Numbered from the stretch's first letter, positions 18,851-27,554 are shown. The stretch: DNA of 32,000 nucleotides from Inquilinus limosus (GCF_051487185.1 NZ_JAHVDK010000007.1:158241-190240), one strand, 5' to 3'. Numbers and translations: made by a program. Notes: generated from the sequence alone by a model not told the origin.

Positions 18851-19891
18851 GTGTTTCAGGATGCCGACGCGCAGGAACGGCTGGTCCGCGTCACGCTTCA
18901 TGACGTTGCCGCAGCTGCAGGCGTGTCCAAGTCCACGGTGTCGCGAATTCTCGACGAGCGGCTGCCGCGTTCGGATAGCGAGACCGCGCGACGTGTCAGG
19001 GAAATCGCGGCCAGGCTCGGCTACGTCCGTGATGTATCAGCCGCCAGTCTCCGGCGAGGCAAGACGAACACGATAGGCGTCATTGTCCCTCGCCTGACCG
19101 ATACCGTGATGGCCATGCTCTATGAAGCTCTGGCCCACGCCTGCGCCCGATCGAAGCGGTTCGCAATCGTCGCGACGACCGATGATCAGCCGAAAGCCGA
19201 CCGAACCGCTGCCCGCACACTGCTTCAGCGCGGGGTAGACGGCCTAGTTCTCTCGACAGCGAGGGAAGATGATGACTTCCCAAGCGAATTAGCTGACCTC
19301 GGCGTTCCGTACGTTCTTGCGCTGCGCACCGACGGCAAAAGCCTCTCGTCCGTGGGTGACGACCAGCTGGGTGGCTATCTCGCGACGCGGCATCTGCTCG
19401 ATCTCGGTCACCGCCGCATCGCGATCATTGCGGGCCCCACCTACGCGTCGAGCAGCCGCGGTCGCCTGGAGGGTTATCGCCGGGCTCTTGCGGAAGCGGG
19501 CGCGATTTCCGATCCGGCATTGATCGTGGAGTCCACATTCGGCATCGATTCCGGGGCCGTCGCAATGGAGCGCTTGCTGGAGTTGAACCCCTTGCCGACC
19601 GCAGTCTTCGCGGTCAATGACAACACGGCGATTGGTGCGCTTTCCGCGATCGCCAGGATGGGGCTGCCCGTTCCAGAGGCCATATCAGTCGTCGGATACA
19701 ACGATATTCCGCTGGTGAGCCGCCTTCCTGTTCCCCTCACGACCGTGCGTGTTCCGTTCGACCAGATAGCCGTTGCCGCCCTTGAGCTTCTTTCCGATGG
19801 TCCGGCATCGGACAACTGCCGGATCAGGGTCGCCACACCAACTCTCATCCCCCGGAGGTCGACGGCAAGTCCTCGGGCGGACGCAGACTGA
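18851..19891 (+). CDS. LacI-family transcriptional regulator
   Basis: HTH is VTLHDVAAAAGVSKSTVSRILD, followed by a periplasmic-binding-fold body (IGVIVPRL..., AVFAVNDNTAIGAL). The track ORF starts at TTG 18800. GTG 18851, after GGGAGAGAGG, is my preferred start but is uncertain. Confidence 0.88.
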   Translation: MFQDADAQERLVRVTLHDVAAAAGVSKSTVSRILDERLPRSDSETARRVREIAARLGYVRDVSAASLRRGKTNTIGVIVPRLTDTVMAMLYEALAHACARSKRFAIVATTDDQPKADRTAARTLLQRGVDGLVLSTAREDDDFPSELADLGVPYVLALRTDGKSLSSVGDDQLGGYLATRHLLDLGHRRIAIIAGPTYASSSRGRLEGYRRALAEAGAISDPALIVESTFGIDSGAVAMERLLELNPLPTAVFAVNDNTAIGALSAIARMGLPVPEAISVVGYNDIPLVSRLPVPLTTVRVPFDQIAVAALELLSDGPASDNCRIRVATPTLIPRRSTASPRADAD

Positions 19892-20001
19892 CATGCACCG
19901 TGGTGGGTATGGCGCACCCGAGATTCTCATCTTAGATCCGAAGCCGAGGCAAAGGAGCTAGGTCGCTACAACTAACGGCTTCGAGGAGGAACTGATCGTC
20001 C

Positions 20002-20454
20002 TCATGCATTGTTTGAGGTGTTGCTGCTCCCAGTTTTCAGGGCGTTGTCCCCGTTGATCATTTCAGTCGAAATCTCCTGGAGCAGCCCCCTCCCCTTGGC
20101 GAGCCGCTGTCCGAGCGTCTCGACGAAATCCTGGTATCGCTCCCGTCCCTTTGCCTGCGCGGCCGCCTGCGCCTCGCTCGGCAGGGGCGGCGTGACGGTG
20201 AGCCAGAAGCGCACAAACAGCGCGAGCGCCTCAACCGAGATCCCGACGTCACGCTCCAGCCGCTCGATCTGTCGCGACAATCGGTCGAGGCGACGGGTGA
20301 AGGCAGCCTCCTGCTGTTCCGCCCCGTCCGGCGACAGAAAGGACGCGACCGCGGCCTCGATAATCGAGGAGCGCGACAGCCGCTTGCGGTCGGCGAGGTC
20401 CTCGATCCTGCGCAGGAGGTCGGGCGAGAAGTAGACGTTCAGTCTGGTCTTCAT
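20002..20454 (-). CDS. ribbon-helix-helix (CopG-like) protein conserved downstream of traG
   Basis: The N-terminus MKTRLNVYFSPDLLRRIEDLADRKRLSRSSIIEAAVASFL is an RHH fold. The last 20 or so codons (..MINGDNALKTGSSNTSNNA) are encoded by AT-richer DNA. Confidence 0.8.
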   Translation of the reverse strand: MKTRLNVYFSPDLLRRIEDLADRKRLSRSSIIEAAVASFLSPDGAEQQEAAFTRRLDRLSRQIERLERDVGISVEALALFVRFWLTVTPPLPSEAQAAAQAKGRERYQDFVETLGQRLAKGRGLLQEISTEMINGDNALKTGSSNTSNNA

Positions 20455-20461
20455 CGGCCGC

Positions 20462-22444
20462 TCACAGCCTGATGCCGTCGTCGGGGTCCATCGCCGCCTG
20501 TCGGGCGGCCACGCGCATGGCCCGCCGCACCGCCCTCGCCTTCACGGCCTCATCGTCCGGCTCGTCCTCGAGATCGGCGAATTCTCTCACTGACTCGGCC
20601 GCCTCTGGCGAGATGGCCTCGTGCTCGGGCAGCATCGGCTCGCGACGGATGCCGCCATTCGCCGGATCCTCTGTACTGTCCCCAGCGCGTTCGGTCGCAG
20701 CCGATCCGTTGCCTGGAGGCACACTCCAATCGCTGGCGCCGACCGCTGCTTCCTTCGGCGCCAGCGAAAGCTCTGGTGGTGGCGACAGAACCCGGCGGGC
20801 GAGGCGCGGATCCTCATAATAGCGAACCTTGCGGGCCTGGATCGGCGGCATGCCGGAGACGAGCACGAGCTCCTCCGTCGGTGGCAGTTGCATTACCTCC
20901 CCCGGCGTCAGCAGCGGCCGGGCTGTCTCTTGCCGGGAGACCATCAGGTGTCCGAGCCAGGGCGACAGCCGATGGCCGGCGTAGTTCTTCATCGCCCGGA
21001 GCTCGGTCGCGGTACCAAGAGCATCGGAGACGCGCCGGGCCGTTCTCTCGTCATTGGTCGCGAAGGCGACACGGACATGGCAGTTGTCGAGGATCGAGTT
21101 GTTCGGCCCGTAGGCTTTCTCGATCTGGTTCAGCGACTGGGCGATCAGGAAGCTCTTCAGGCCGTAGCCGGCCATGAATGCGAGCGCGCTCTCAAAGAAA
21201 TCCAGCCGCCCGAGTGCCGGGAATTCGTCCAGCATCAGGAGCAGGCGATGGCGCCGACCCGCCGGTTCCAGCTGCTCGGTCAAGCGGCGGCCGATCTGGT
21301 TCAGCACCAGTCGGATAAGGGGCTTGGTCCGGCTGATATCGGACGGTGGCACCACGAGATAGAGCGTGGCCGGCCGGTCGCCCTCGACCAGATCGCCGAT
21401 CCGCCAGTCACAGCGCGCCGTCACCGCCGCCACGACAGGATCTCGGTAGAGGCCGAGGAAGCTCATCGCCGTCGACAGCACGCCGGAGCGCTCATTGTCG
21501 CTCTTGTTGAGGAGCTCGCGCGCCGCCGAGGCCACGACCGGATGCGGCCGGCCGCCGAGATGCCGCGTCGTCATCATCGCGCGCAGGGTGCTCTCGATCG
21601 GCCGCCTCGGATCGGACAGGAAGCCCGCGACGCCGGCGAGGGTCTTGTCCGGCTCGGCGTAGAGGACGTGGAGGATGGCGCCGACCAGAAGGCTGTGGCT
21701 GGTCTTCTCCCAATGATTGCGGCGCTCGAGCGCCCCTTCCGGATCAACCAGGATGTCGGCGATGTTCTGGACGTCGCGGACCTCAGCGTCGCCGCGGCGG
21801 ACTTCGAGCAGCGGATTGTAGGCGGTCGAGCCCTGATTGGTCGGATCGAACAGCAGCACGCGGCCGAAGCGGGCGCGCCAGCCGGCGGTGAGCTGCCAGT
21901 TCTCCCCCTTGATGTCGTGTACGATGGCGGCGCCGGGCCAGGTCAGCAGCGTCGGCACGACGAGGCCGACGCCCTTGCCGCTGCGGGTCGGGGCGAAGCA
22001 GAGGACGTGCTCCGGCCCATCGTGGCGGAGGTACTCCCCCTCGAAGCGGCCGAGCACGACACCATCGGCCCCGAGCAGGCCGCCCTCGCGGATCTCCTCC
22101 CCTGTCGCCCAACGGGCCGAGCCGTAGGTCGAAGCCTCCTTCGCCTCGCGCGCCCGCCACACCGACATGCCGATCGCGATCCCGATCGCGGCGAAGCCGC
22201 CGACGGTCGCGATCAGCCCGGCCTCGATGAACAGGCCAGGCGCATAGGCGTCGTACCAGTACCACCACCAGAACAGTGCCGGCGGCGGATAAAGCGGCAC
22301 GCCGCCGAGCTCGGCCCAGGGACTGCCGAGCTCGGGTTGGTAGCCGAGCCGCCAGGCGGCCCACTGGGTCGCGCCCCAGACGGAGGCGAGCACCACCGCG
22401 AACACGACGACGATCTGGCCCCAGAGGATCTTGGTTCCCGACAT
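20462..22444 (-). CDS. traG: type IV coupling protein TraG (VirD4 family)
   Basis: The ATG at 22444 gives MSGTKILWGQIVVVFAVVL. Walker A is APTRSGKGVGLVVPT, plus LLMLDEFPALG. About 660 aa. Confidence 0.95.
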   Translation of the reverse strand: MSGTKILWGQIVVVFAVVLASVWGATQWAAWRLGYQPELGSPWAELGGVPLYPPPALFWWWYWYDAYAPGLFIEAGLIATVGGFAAIGIAIGMSVWRAREAKEASTYGSARWATGEEIREGGLLGADGVVLGRFEGEYLRHDGPEHVLCFAPTRSGKGVGLVVPTLLTWPGAAIVHDIKGENWQLTAGWRARFGRVLLFDPTNQGSTAYNPLLEVRRGDAEVRDVQNIADILVDPEGALERRNHWEKTSHSLLVGAILHVLYAEPDKTLAGVAGFLSDPRRPIESTLRAMMTTRHLGGRPHPVVASAARELLNKSDNERSGVLSTAMSFLGLYRDPVVAAVTARCDWRIGDLVEGDRPATLYLVVPPSDISRTKPLIRLVLNQIGRRLTEQLEPAGRRHRLLLMLDEFPALGRLDFFESALAFMAGYGLKSFLIAQSLNQIEKAYGPNNSILDNCHVRVAFATNDERTARRVSDALGTATELRAMKNYAGHRLSPWLGHLMVSRQETARPLLTPGEVMQLPPTEELVLVSGMPPIQARKVRYYEDPRLARRVLSPPPELSLAPKEAAVGASDWSVPPGNGSAATERAGDSTEDPANGGIRREPMLPEHEAISPEAAESVREFADLEDEPDDEAVKARAVRRAMRVAARQAAMDPDDGIRL

Positions 22445-22591
22445 GTCGCACCTTGCGAGAAGCACCGCACAGGCGATGTCGGGAAGCCCGGTCGCAAGGC
22501 AACCGCCGAAAGCCCGCCGTCGCACATACGGCGAACCCATCGCGCGAAGACAGGTTCTGTGCGGAGCACCCAGGGGAGGAACCTCGCCACC

Positions 22592-24322
22592 TCAGATCCC
22601 GAGCCCCCGTTTGCGCTCCAAGCTCCAGTCAACGCCGCCATCGGCCCGTACAACCCCGGAGACTTCCTGTCCGAGGCGCCGCTTCAGCGCCGGCGACCAG
22701 GGCACCAGGCTGAAGCCGAGGCCGTCGTCGATCATAGCGAAGCGGCCGGAGGCGAGGTCGAGCCGTCGGCGATAGATGCCGCCGACCGGATCGCCGGCGG
22801 CCGCCCCGGATCGCGGCAGGCCGGTCTCCGAGGCCAGCGCCGCCGCGGCAGCATCGAGTTCGCGTCGGCGCAGCGTGGCGAGGAGGTCGCGGGCGAAGAC
22901 CACCCGCTGTCCCCGCCGGCGCGCCAGCCCGTCCTCGGCGAGCCGCTCGATCCGCGCCTCCAGGGCTGTGCGGACTTCGGTGCCGAAGCCGCCCTCCGAC
23001 AACGTCGCCGGCTCGCGCGCGACGAGATGGCGGTCGAGCCAGGTCGCGCCACGGGCGCCGACCTGCGCCTGGATGTCGAGATCCGAGCGTGTGATCAGCT
23101 CCGCTCTCCCCGCCCGGATCTCGACCATTCCGCCGAGCGGCGGCGTGTGCTCGAGCGCGCTGAGGTCCGCGAGACGGAGATGGTGGACCCGGCCGTCGAT
23201 CCCGTCGATGACCGCATAGGCTGTGCCGGCGAGTTCGTCGTGCAGGCCCTGGTCGACGAGGCGCCCTATCACGGGAATCGTCATCCCCGCCCCGTGGATG
23301 ACGTAGTCGCCGAGCGCCCGCTCCGTCCCCTGCTCGGCCAGGCTGCAGTGCATCGTGCGGATGATATCGCCACGGTCGCCGAGCTCGCGCAGCGTCCGCT
23401 CGGCCTCGGCACCGACCACCCATTGGGCCGGGCCGGCAGGCACCGTGAGCCCCATCCGCTCCAGCCGTTGCAACCGGCCGATCATCAGCCGGCGGAGATC
23501 GGACGCGTCGTCGCCGGAGCCCGTGGGCCGCAGGTCGACGAAGCCTTCCTCGTCCACCATGCGGCGGATCTCCGTGTCGAGCCGGGTCCAGCGCTCGGCC
23601 TCGACCTCCCGCTCCAGTCCGAGCTGCACCGCATGCTCCGGCTTCGGGCCGAGCTCGAGCGTGACCAGCGCCTCGGCCCGCGCCCGCAGGCCGCGGCTGA
23701 TGTAGTCGCGGGCGATGACAAGGTCGCTGCCGTCCTCGGCGATACCGCGGACCAGGAGGTGGACGTGCGGATTGTCAGTGTTCCAGTGGTCGACCGCGAT
23801 CCAGTCGAGCCGAGTGCCGAGGTCGCGCTCCATCTGCGCCGCCAGGTCCCGGGTAAAGGCCCGGAGGTCGGTCATCTCCGCCGCATCTTCCGGCGAGACG
23901 ATGAACCGGAAATGATGCCGGTCGTCCCGGCAGCGGGCGGCGAAGGCGGCGTCGTCCGCCGCATCGCTGCGGGCGTCGAACATGTGGGCCTTCTCGCCGT
24001 CCCAGGTGACGCCCTCGCGCCTCAGATAGGCGAGGTGAGCGGTGATGGGCGCCGAGCGGAAGGCCGGCCCCTTGTGCCGGACCACCCGGGCCTTGACGAC
24101 CACGCGCCGCCCGGGCGCAAAGAGCCGCTCGCGGCTGAAGGCGAGCCGTCCGCGGCCGAAACCCGACCGGCTCGGCTGCGGCAGCCGGGGTGAGCGCGGC
24201 CCGACATGCCCGCTCTTCTGCGCCGCCTTCAGCACCTGGGCGATGAATGTCGGCCGGCGGCCACCGCCGCGGCTGCGGATCCGGCCCAGCCGGATACGGA
24301 GATCGTCGTCAGGCGTGCCCAT
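22592..24322 (-). CDS. relaxase/mobilisation nuclease (MOBP-like, with DUF3363-type C-terminal region)
   Basis: 576 aa. Supporting sequence: FRIR-type N-terminus MGTPDDDLRIRLGRIRS, ITAHLAYLRREGV, and the histidine motif DHWNTDNPHVHLLV. Confidence 0.9.
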   Translation of the reverse strand: MGTPDDDLRIRLGRIRSRGGGRRPTFIAQVLKAAQKSGHVGPRSPRLPQPSRSGFGRGRLAFSRERLFAPGRRVVVKARVVRHKGPAFRSAPITAHLAYLRREGVTWDGEKAHMFDARSDAADDAAFAARCRDDRHHFRFIVSPEDAAEMTDLRAFTRDLAAQMERDLGTRLDWIAVDHWNTDNPHVHLLVRGIAEDGSDLVIARDYISRGLRARAEALVTLELGPKPEHAVQLGLEREVEAERWTRLDTEIRRMVDEEGFVDLRPTGSGDDASDLRRLMIGRLQRLERMGLTVPAGPAQWVVGAEAERTLRELGDRGDIIRTMHCSLAEQGTERALGDYVIHGAGMTIPVIGRLVDQGLHDELAGTAYAVIDGIDGRVHHLRLADLSALEHTPPLGGMVEIRAGRAELITRSDLDIQAQVGARGATWLDRHLVAREPATLSEGGFGTEVRTALEARIERLAEDGLARRRGQRVVFARDLLATLRRRELDAAAAALASETGLPRSGAAAGDPVGGIYRRRLDLASGRFAMIDDGLGFSLVPWSPALKRRLGQEVSGVVRADGGVDWSLERKRGLGI

Positions 24323-24524
24323 TGCCGATCACCTCAGAAGCTGCTCCAAGCACAGTGCTGCGAAGGGCATTGATCCGATTGAGAAATCCCCCTGCGACAG
24401 CACTCCAAAAAACTGCATGGCCGCAAAAATATCAGCCGGATCAAAGGCTTACCCATCCACCAGCCACACCCTTTTATCTCGCCGTAGCTCAAAAGTTGTT
24501 TTCACTCTCTCGGATACGCAACTC

Positions 24525-24560
24525 GTAGTAGTAGGATATCGCAGCCCGTCGGGCTGCATC
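24525..24560 (-). other. candidate oriT (inverted repeat plus nick-core-like sequence)
   Basis: The - strand reads GCAGCCCG-A-CGGGCTGC followed directly by GATATCCTAC. It lies in the 334-bp lower-GC spacer upstream of the relaxase gene. Confidence 0.45.
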
Positions 24561-24656
24561 GCGGTGTTGGGCCAGTACCCGCCCGGCAGCGCTGCTGAGC
24601 GCTGAATGCAGAAGGCGGGAGCGGCACCCTGGGCACCGCCCCCGCCGTGGAGAGGC

Positions 24657-24941
24657 CTAGTCGATGAGAGCGAGCCGCTTCTGGGCGGTCAGGATCTCGA
24701 CGACGGTGGAGCTGTCGCGGGCCTCACCCTTCAGCTTGGCGGCGTGATCCCAGGGCCCGAGATTCTCGACCACATCGTCGAAGTTGTCCTCCTCATCGTA
24801 GTCCGGACCGGGCAGGTAGAGCGGCGCCCGCTTGCACGCCGCGATGGCGTTCTCGAGCCGGCGGATGAGGGCGAAGGCCTCCCGCCGATCATGCCAGTAG
24901 GCGTCGGTGCCCGGGATGAGACGGGATGATGCGATGGTCAT
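24657..24941 (-). CDS. hypothetical small protein (94 aa, acidic central patch)
   Basis: The ATG at 24941 lies 7 nt after AAGGAG and gives MTIASSRLIPGTDAYWHDRREAF...PDYDEEDNFDDVVENLGPWD. I recognise no family. Confidence 0.6.
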   Translation of the reverse strand: MTIASSRLIPGTDAYWHDRREAFALIRRLENAIAACKRAPLYLPGPDYDEEDNFDDVVENLGPWDHAAKLKGEARDSSTVVEILTAQKRLALID

Positions 24942-25238
24942 CGGAACGCTCCTTGGTTGACGTCCTCCGCGTCGAGGACGTGTCCCGGGCTCGGCCGGCG
25001 GAGCGGCCGTCAAGGACGCCGGAGGCGCCGCGGAGCGGGGCGTGGGGGAGCCGAAATGCGTCAGCATTTCGGGGGGACCACGCCTCCTTGACGGGCGTTT
25101 CGTCCCGGCTGACAGGATGAGACGACCGAGACGAGAGAGGGGTTGGAGCAGGCCTCTCCAGGTGCGTCGGTCAGTCGCCGGATGGCGGGCGCGACGCTCG
25201 ACGAACGCCGCGCCCGATGCGCTTGGAGCTGTCTGCGA

Positions 25239-25436
25239 TCAGCTTTCCGGATGCCGATAGGCTGCAGCACGGCGGCGCCGCGGTCGCGTGTCGAACAGCG
25301 CGTCGAAGGCGCGGTCGAGCTCCGCCTGGCGGGCGATCGCCTGCGCGAGCTCGGTCTCGGCCGCACTCCGCTCGCGGCGGGTCAGATGGCAGTGGAGCAA
25401 CTCGGCCTCGAGCTCGCGGATGTGGTCGTGGAGCAT
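25239..25436 (-). CDS. hypothetical small coiled-coil protein (65 aa)
   Basis: The ATG at 25436 follows GGAGAGG and gives MLHDHIRELEAELLHCHLTRRERSAAETELAQAIARQAELDRAF. The upstream part of track ORF 25239..25622 looks non-coding. Confidence 0.5.
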   Translation of the reverse strand: MLHDHIRELEAELLHCHLTRRERSAAETELAQAIARQAELDRAFDALFDTRPRRRRAAAYRHPES

Positions 25437-25709
25437 GGTCCTCTCCGTCCCAAGTCTGAAGACGGGAGGTGCGACGCATGCCGGGACGGGCCGGGTCGTG
25501 GATCGCCGCAGGCGACCGGCTGGCCGGCGAGCGGGGGAGCCGATTTTGTCGAGCGGGACGACAGACCGGCGCGCGCAGCGCGCACCTTGCGCTCGGCAAA
25601 ATTGGGGGGACCGCTCGTCCACGACGCGGCCCGTCCCGGCATGGGAGAGTGGGCGATCCGAAGAGACGGCCTTTCTCTCCGATGGGGCTCCGTCGGTGCC
25701 GCCGCGCCA

Positions 25710-26357
25710 TCAAGGTGTCGACTTCCGCGCCGTGCTCACCGGGACGAACAGGCCGCCGGCCGACGACGGCCGGAATGCCGCCCCTCGGCCGGTGCCATGC
25801 AGGTCGACGAACAGGCTGACGGTGGATGCGATCGCGGTCAGACGCTGCCGTGCCACGTCCGCATGGCCGAAGGCCGCGAGATAGGCCTGCGTCTCGGCCG
25901 GCAGAGCCCGGCCCTCCGACAGGTGCTCGTCCATATGCCGCGGGCCGGCATTGTAGGCAGCGAACAGGCCGGGATAGCCGTAGCGGTCGTGCATCTCGCG
26001 GAGATAGGCGGCGCCGGCCTGGATGTTGTCGCGCGGATCATAGGGATCGGCACCGAAGCCGTAGCGGCCGCGCAGTTCGGCCCAGGTCTCGGGCATGATC
26101 TGCATCAGCCCCATGGCGCCCTTCGACGAGACGGCATGCGAATCGCCGCCGCTCTCAACCCGCATTACAGCGCGGATCCATGACTCCGGCACGCCGAAGC
26201 GCCGCGATGCCTCGGCGATGTTGGCCGACCAAAGGTCTTGCGCCCTCGCTGCGATGCTGCTCGCGAGCTCGGCACGGACAGGGATCGCCCATGTGCAGAC
26301 ACAGAGCAGGATGGCTGCGGCCAACCGGCCCCGGCGATGGCTGCCGATCGGCGTCAT
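25710..26357 (-). CDS. lytic transglycosylase (SLT domain)
   Basis: It has a signal-like N-terminus and the SLT motifs VMRVESGG, GLMQIMP and AAYNAGP. Confidence 0.9.
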   Translation of the reverse strand: MTPIGSHRRGRLAAAILLCVCTWAIPVRAELASSIAARAQDLWSANIAEASRRFGVPESWIRAVMRVESGGDSHAVSSKGAMGLMQIMPETWAELRGRYGFGADPYDPRDNIQAGAAYLREMHDRYGYPGLFAAYNAGPRHMDEHLSEGRALPAETQAYLAAFGHADVARQRLTAIASTVSLFVDLHGTGRGAAFRPSSAGGLFVPVSTARKSTP

Positions 26358-26872
26358 CGCCGTCCCTCATATGTCCAGAGCGGCGCCGCGCGGCCGACGA
26401 TCGAGGCGACCGGCACAGGCCCGAAATACCGCCCGTCGAGCGAGTCCGGGACGCCCCGGTTCATGAGGAAGACCTCACGGTCGCCGAGCAGCCGGCAGCC
26501 CTGCCAGACGGGCAGCGTCCGGCCGAGCCGATCGCGCCCGAGCGCCCGTCCGACGGCGACGCCGTCGATCAGGATCCGGAGACCATCGCGGCAGATGGTG
26601 CTGCCCGGCAGCGCGGCGACGCGCTTCAGCAGCGGCACGCCGGCCGGCAGGTAGCCGCGATCGGCGAAGAGCGGGACGAGCGCGGCCGGCGCCCGCGCGA
26701 GCACGATGTCGCCGACGGCGAGACGGTCAACTGTGTGCACGCGGTAGAACCCGACCGGCAGGCTCGCCGAGGCGTTCCAGACGAGGCGCGGCACCGGCGG
26801 GCCGACCGCTGGGCCTGCGATCAGACTCACTCCGGCGAGCATCGCGGCCAGAACAGCGATACGCGCCCTCAT
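26354..26872 (-). CDS. traF: S26-family signal peptidase, conjugative TraF type
   Basis: 172 aa. Supporting sequence: VWNASASLPVGFYRV, LLKRVAALPG, and DSLDGRYFGPV. Confidence 0.88.
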   Translation of the reverse strand: MRARIAVLAAMLAGVSLIAGPAVGPPVPRLVWNASASLPVGFYRVHTVDRLAVGDIVLARAPAALVPLFADRGYLPAGVPLLKRVAALPGSTICRDGLRILIDGVAVGRALGRDRLGRTLPVWQGCRLLGDREVFLMNRGVPDSLDGRYFGPVPVASIVGRAAPLWTYEGRR

Positions 26873-27333
26873 GCTTCGATCCTCCGGCGCTTGAGCCAGG
26901 CGGCATGCCGCTCACGGCTGTAGGGCCGCGGCTCGAAGCCGGCGCTGAGGCGGTTGTGGACGTGCCGCCAGTGATCCGGCGCCGCGTCAGCCGGATCGAT
27001 CCGGAGCGCCAGGACCGCGTCGATCGCCTGCAGCACGTGCTCGATCTTCGGCCAGCCGGACTGGCGGAGCAGGATCTCGGCGCCGGGCCGCACATGCGGC
27101 ACCGTCGCGCAGCCCTCGCCCGGCGCCACCGCTCGCAGGATGTCGATGCGCGAAACCCCGGTGCCGAGATCGGTCGCAGCCCAGCGCAGGACGGCGAAGA
27201 CGCTGCCGGGCGCGAAGGACAGGACGCGCCGATGCTGATCGACGGCCGCCTCCGCGACCGGCCGGCCGAAGCGGAGCCAATGCTCGATCCGCCGGTGCAG
27301 CCGCAGCAGCTCGAGTCGGGTGAGATCGCTCAT
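26869..27333 (-). CDS. DUF2840 domain protein
   Basis: 154 aa. Its sequence (MSDLTRLELLRLHRRIEHWLRFGRP...) and its position between the RHH/ParA genes and traF match the conserved backbone gene as I recall it. Confidence 0.7.
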   Translation of the reverse strand: MSDLTRLELLRLHRRIEHWLRFGRPVAEAAVDQHRRVLSFAPGSVFAVLRWAATDLGTGVSRIDILRAVAPGEGCATVPHVRPGAEILLRQSGWPKIEHVLQAIDAVLALRIDPADAAPDHWRHVHNRLSAGFEPRPYSRERHAAWLKRRRIEA

Positions 27334-27554
27334 GATGCGTCTCCGGTCTCGTCGGATGCGGGGAAGTGCCGCGCGAGCAGGTCGCGCAGCAGATCGGCGA
27401 CGGTGACGCCCTGGCGGTAGGCCGCGATCTTGATGCGGCCGCGCAGCTCCGGGGTGACGTCGATGGTGAGCCGGGCGGTGAAGGGTCTGCGCGCCTCCGG
27501 TGCCCGGATCCAGGCTTCTGGGCTGCGCGGCCGCTTGGCGAACGGCCGGCTCAT
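27330..27554 (-). CDS. ribbon-helix-helix protein (ParG/CopG-like partner of ParA)
   Basis: 74 aa. RLTIDVTPELRGRIKIAAYRQGVTVADLLRDLLARHF is an RHH pattern. It overlaps the parA stop by 4 nt. Confidence 0.72.
   Translation of the reverse strand: MSRPFAKRPRSPEAWIRAPEARRPFTARLTIDVTPELRGRIKIAAYRQGVTVADLLRDLLARHFPASDETGDAS

Noticed and set aside
15874-19940. Possible terminal inverted repeats flanking the cargo cassette: GATTAGAAGATGCAGAATC at 15874-15892 versus the reverse complement of GATTCTCATCTTAGATC at 19922-19938
   Set aside because: Only about 14 matches, with 3 mismatches and 2 gaps. No flanking target-site duplication and no transposase are present. A match this weak in two AT-richer spacers could arise by chance, so it is not called as a transposon end.
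20621-24193. A very long 1190-aa ORF on the + strand spanning traG and the relaxase gene
   Set aside because: It runs antisense to two well-supported genes with clear family motifs. Its translation is Arg/Pro/Ala/Gly-rich low-complexity sequence, typical of shadow ORFs in roughly 70% GC DNA. The same reasoning applies to 208..1320(-), 1445..2986(-), 6738..7874(+), 9280..10608(+), 9627..10697(+), 10615..12018(+), 12753..13541(+) and 25143..26183(+).
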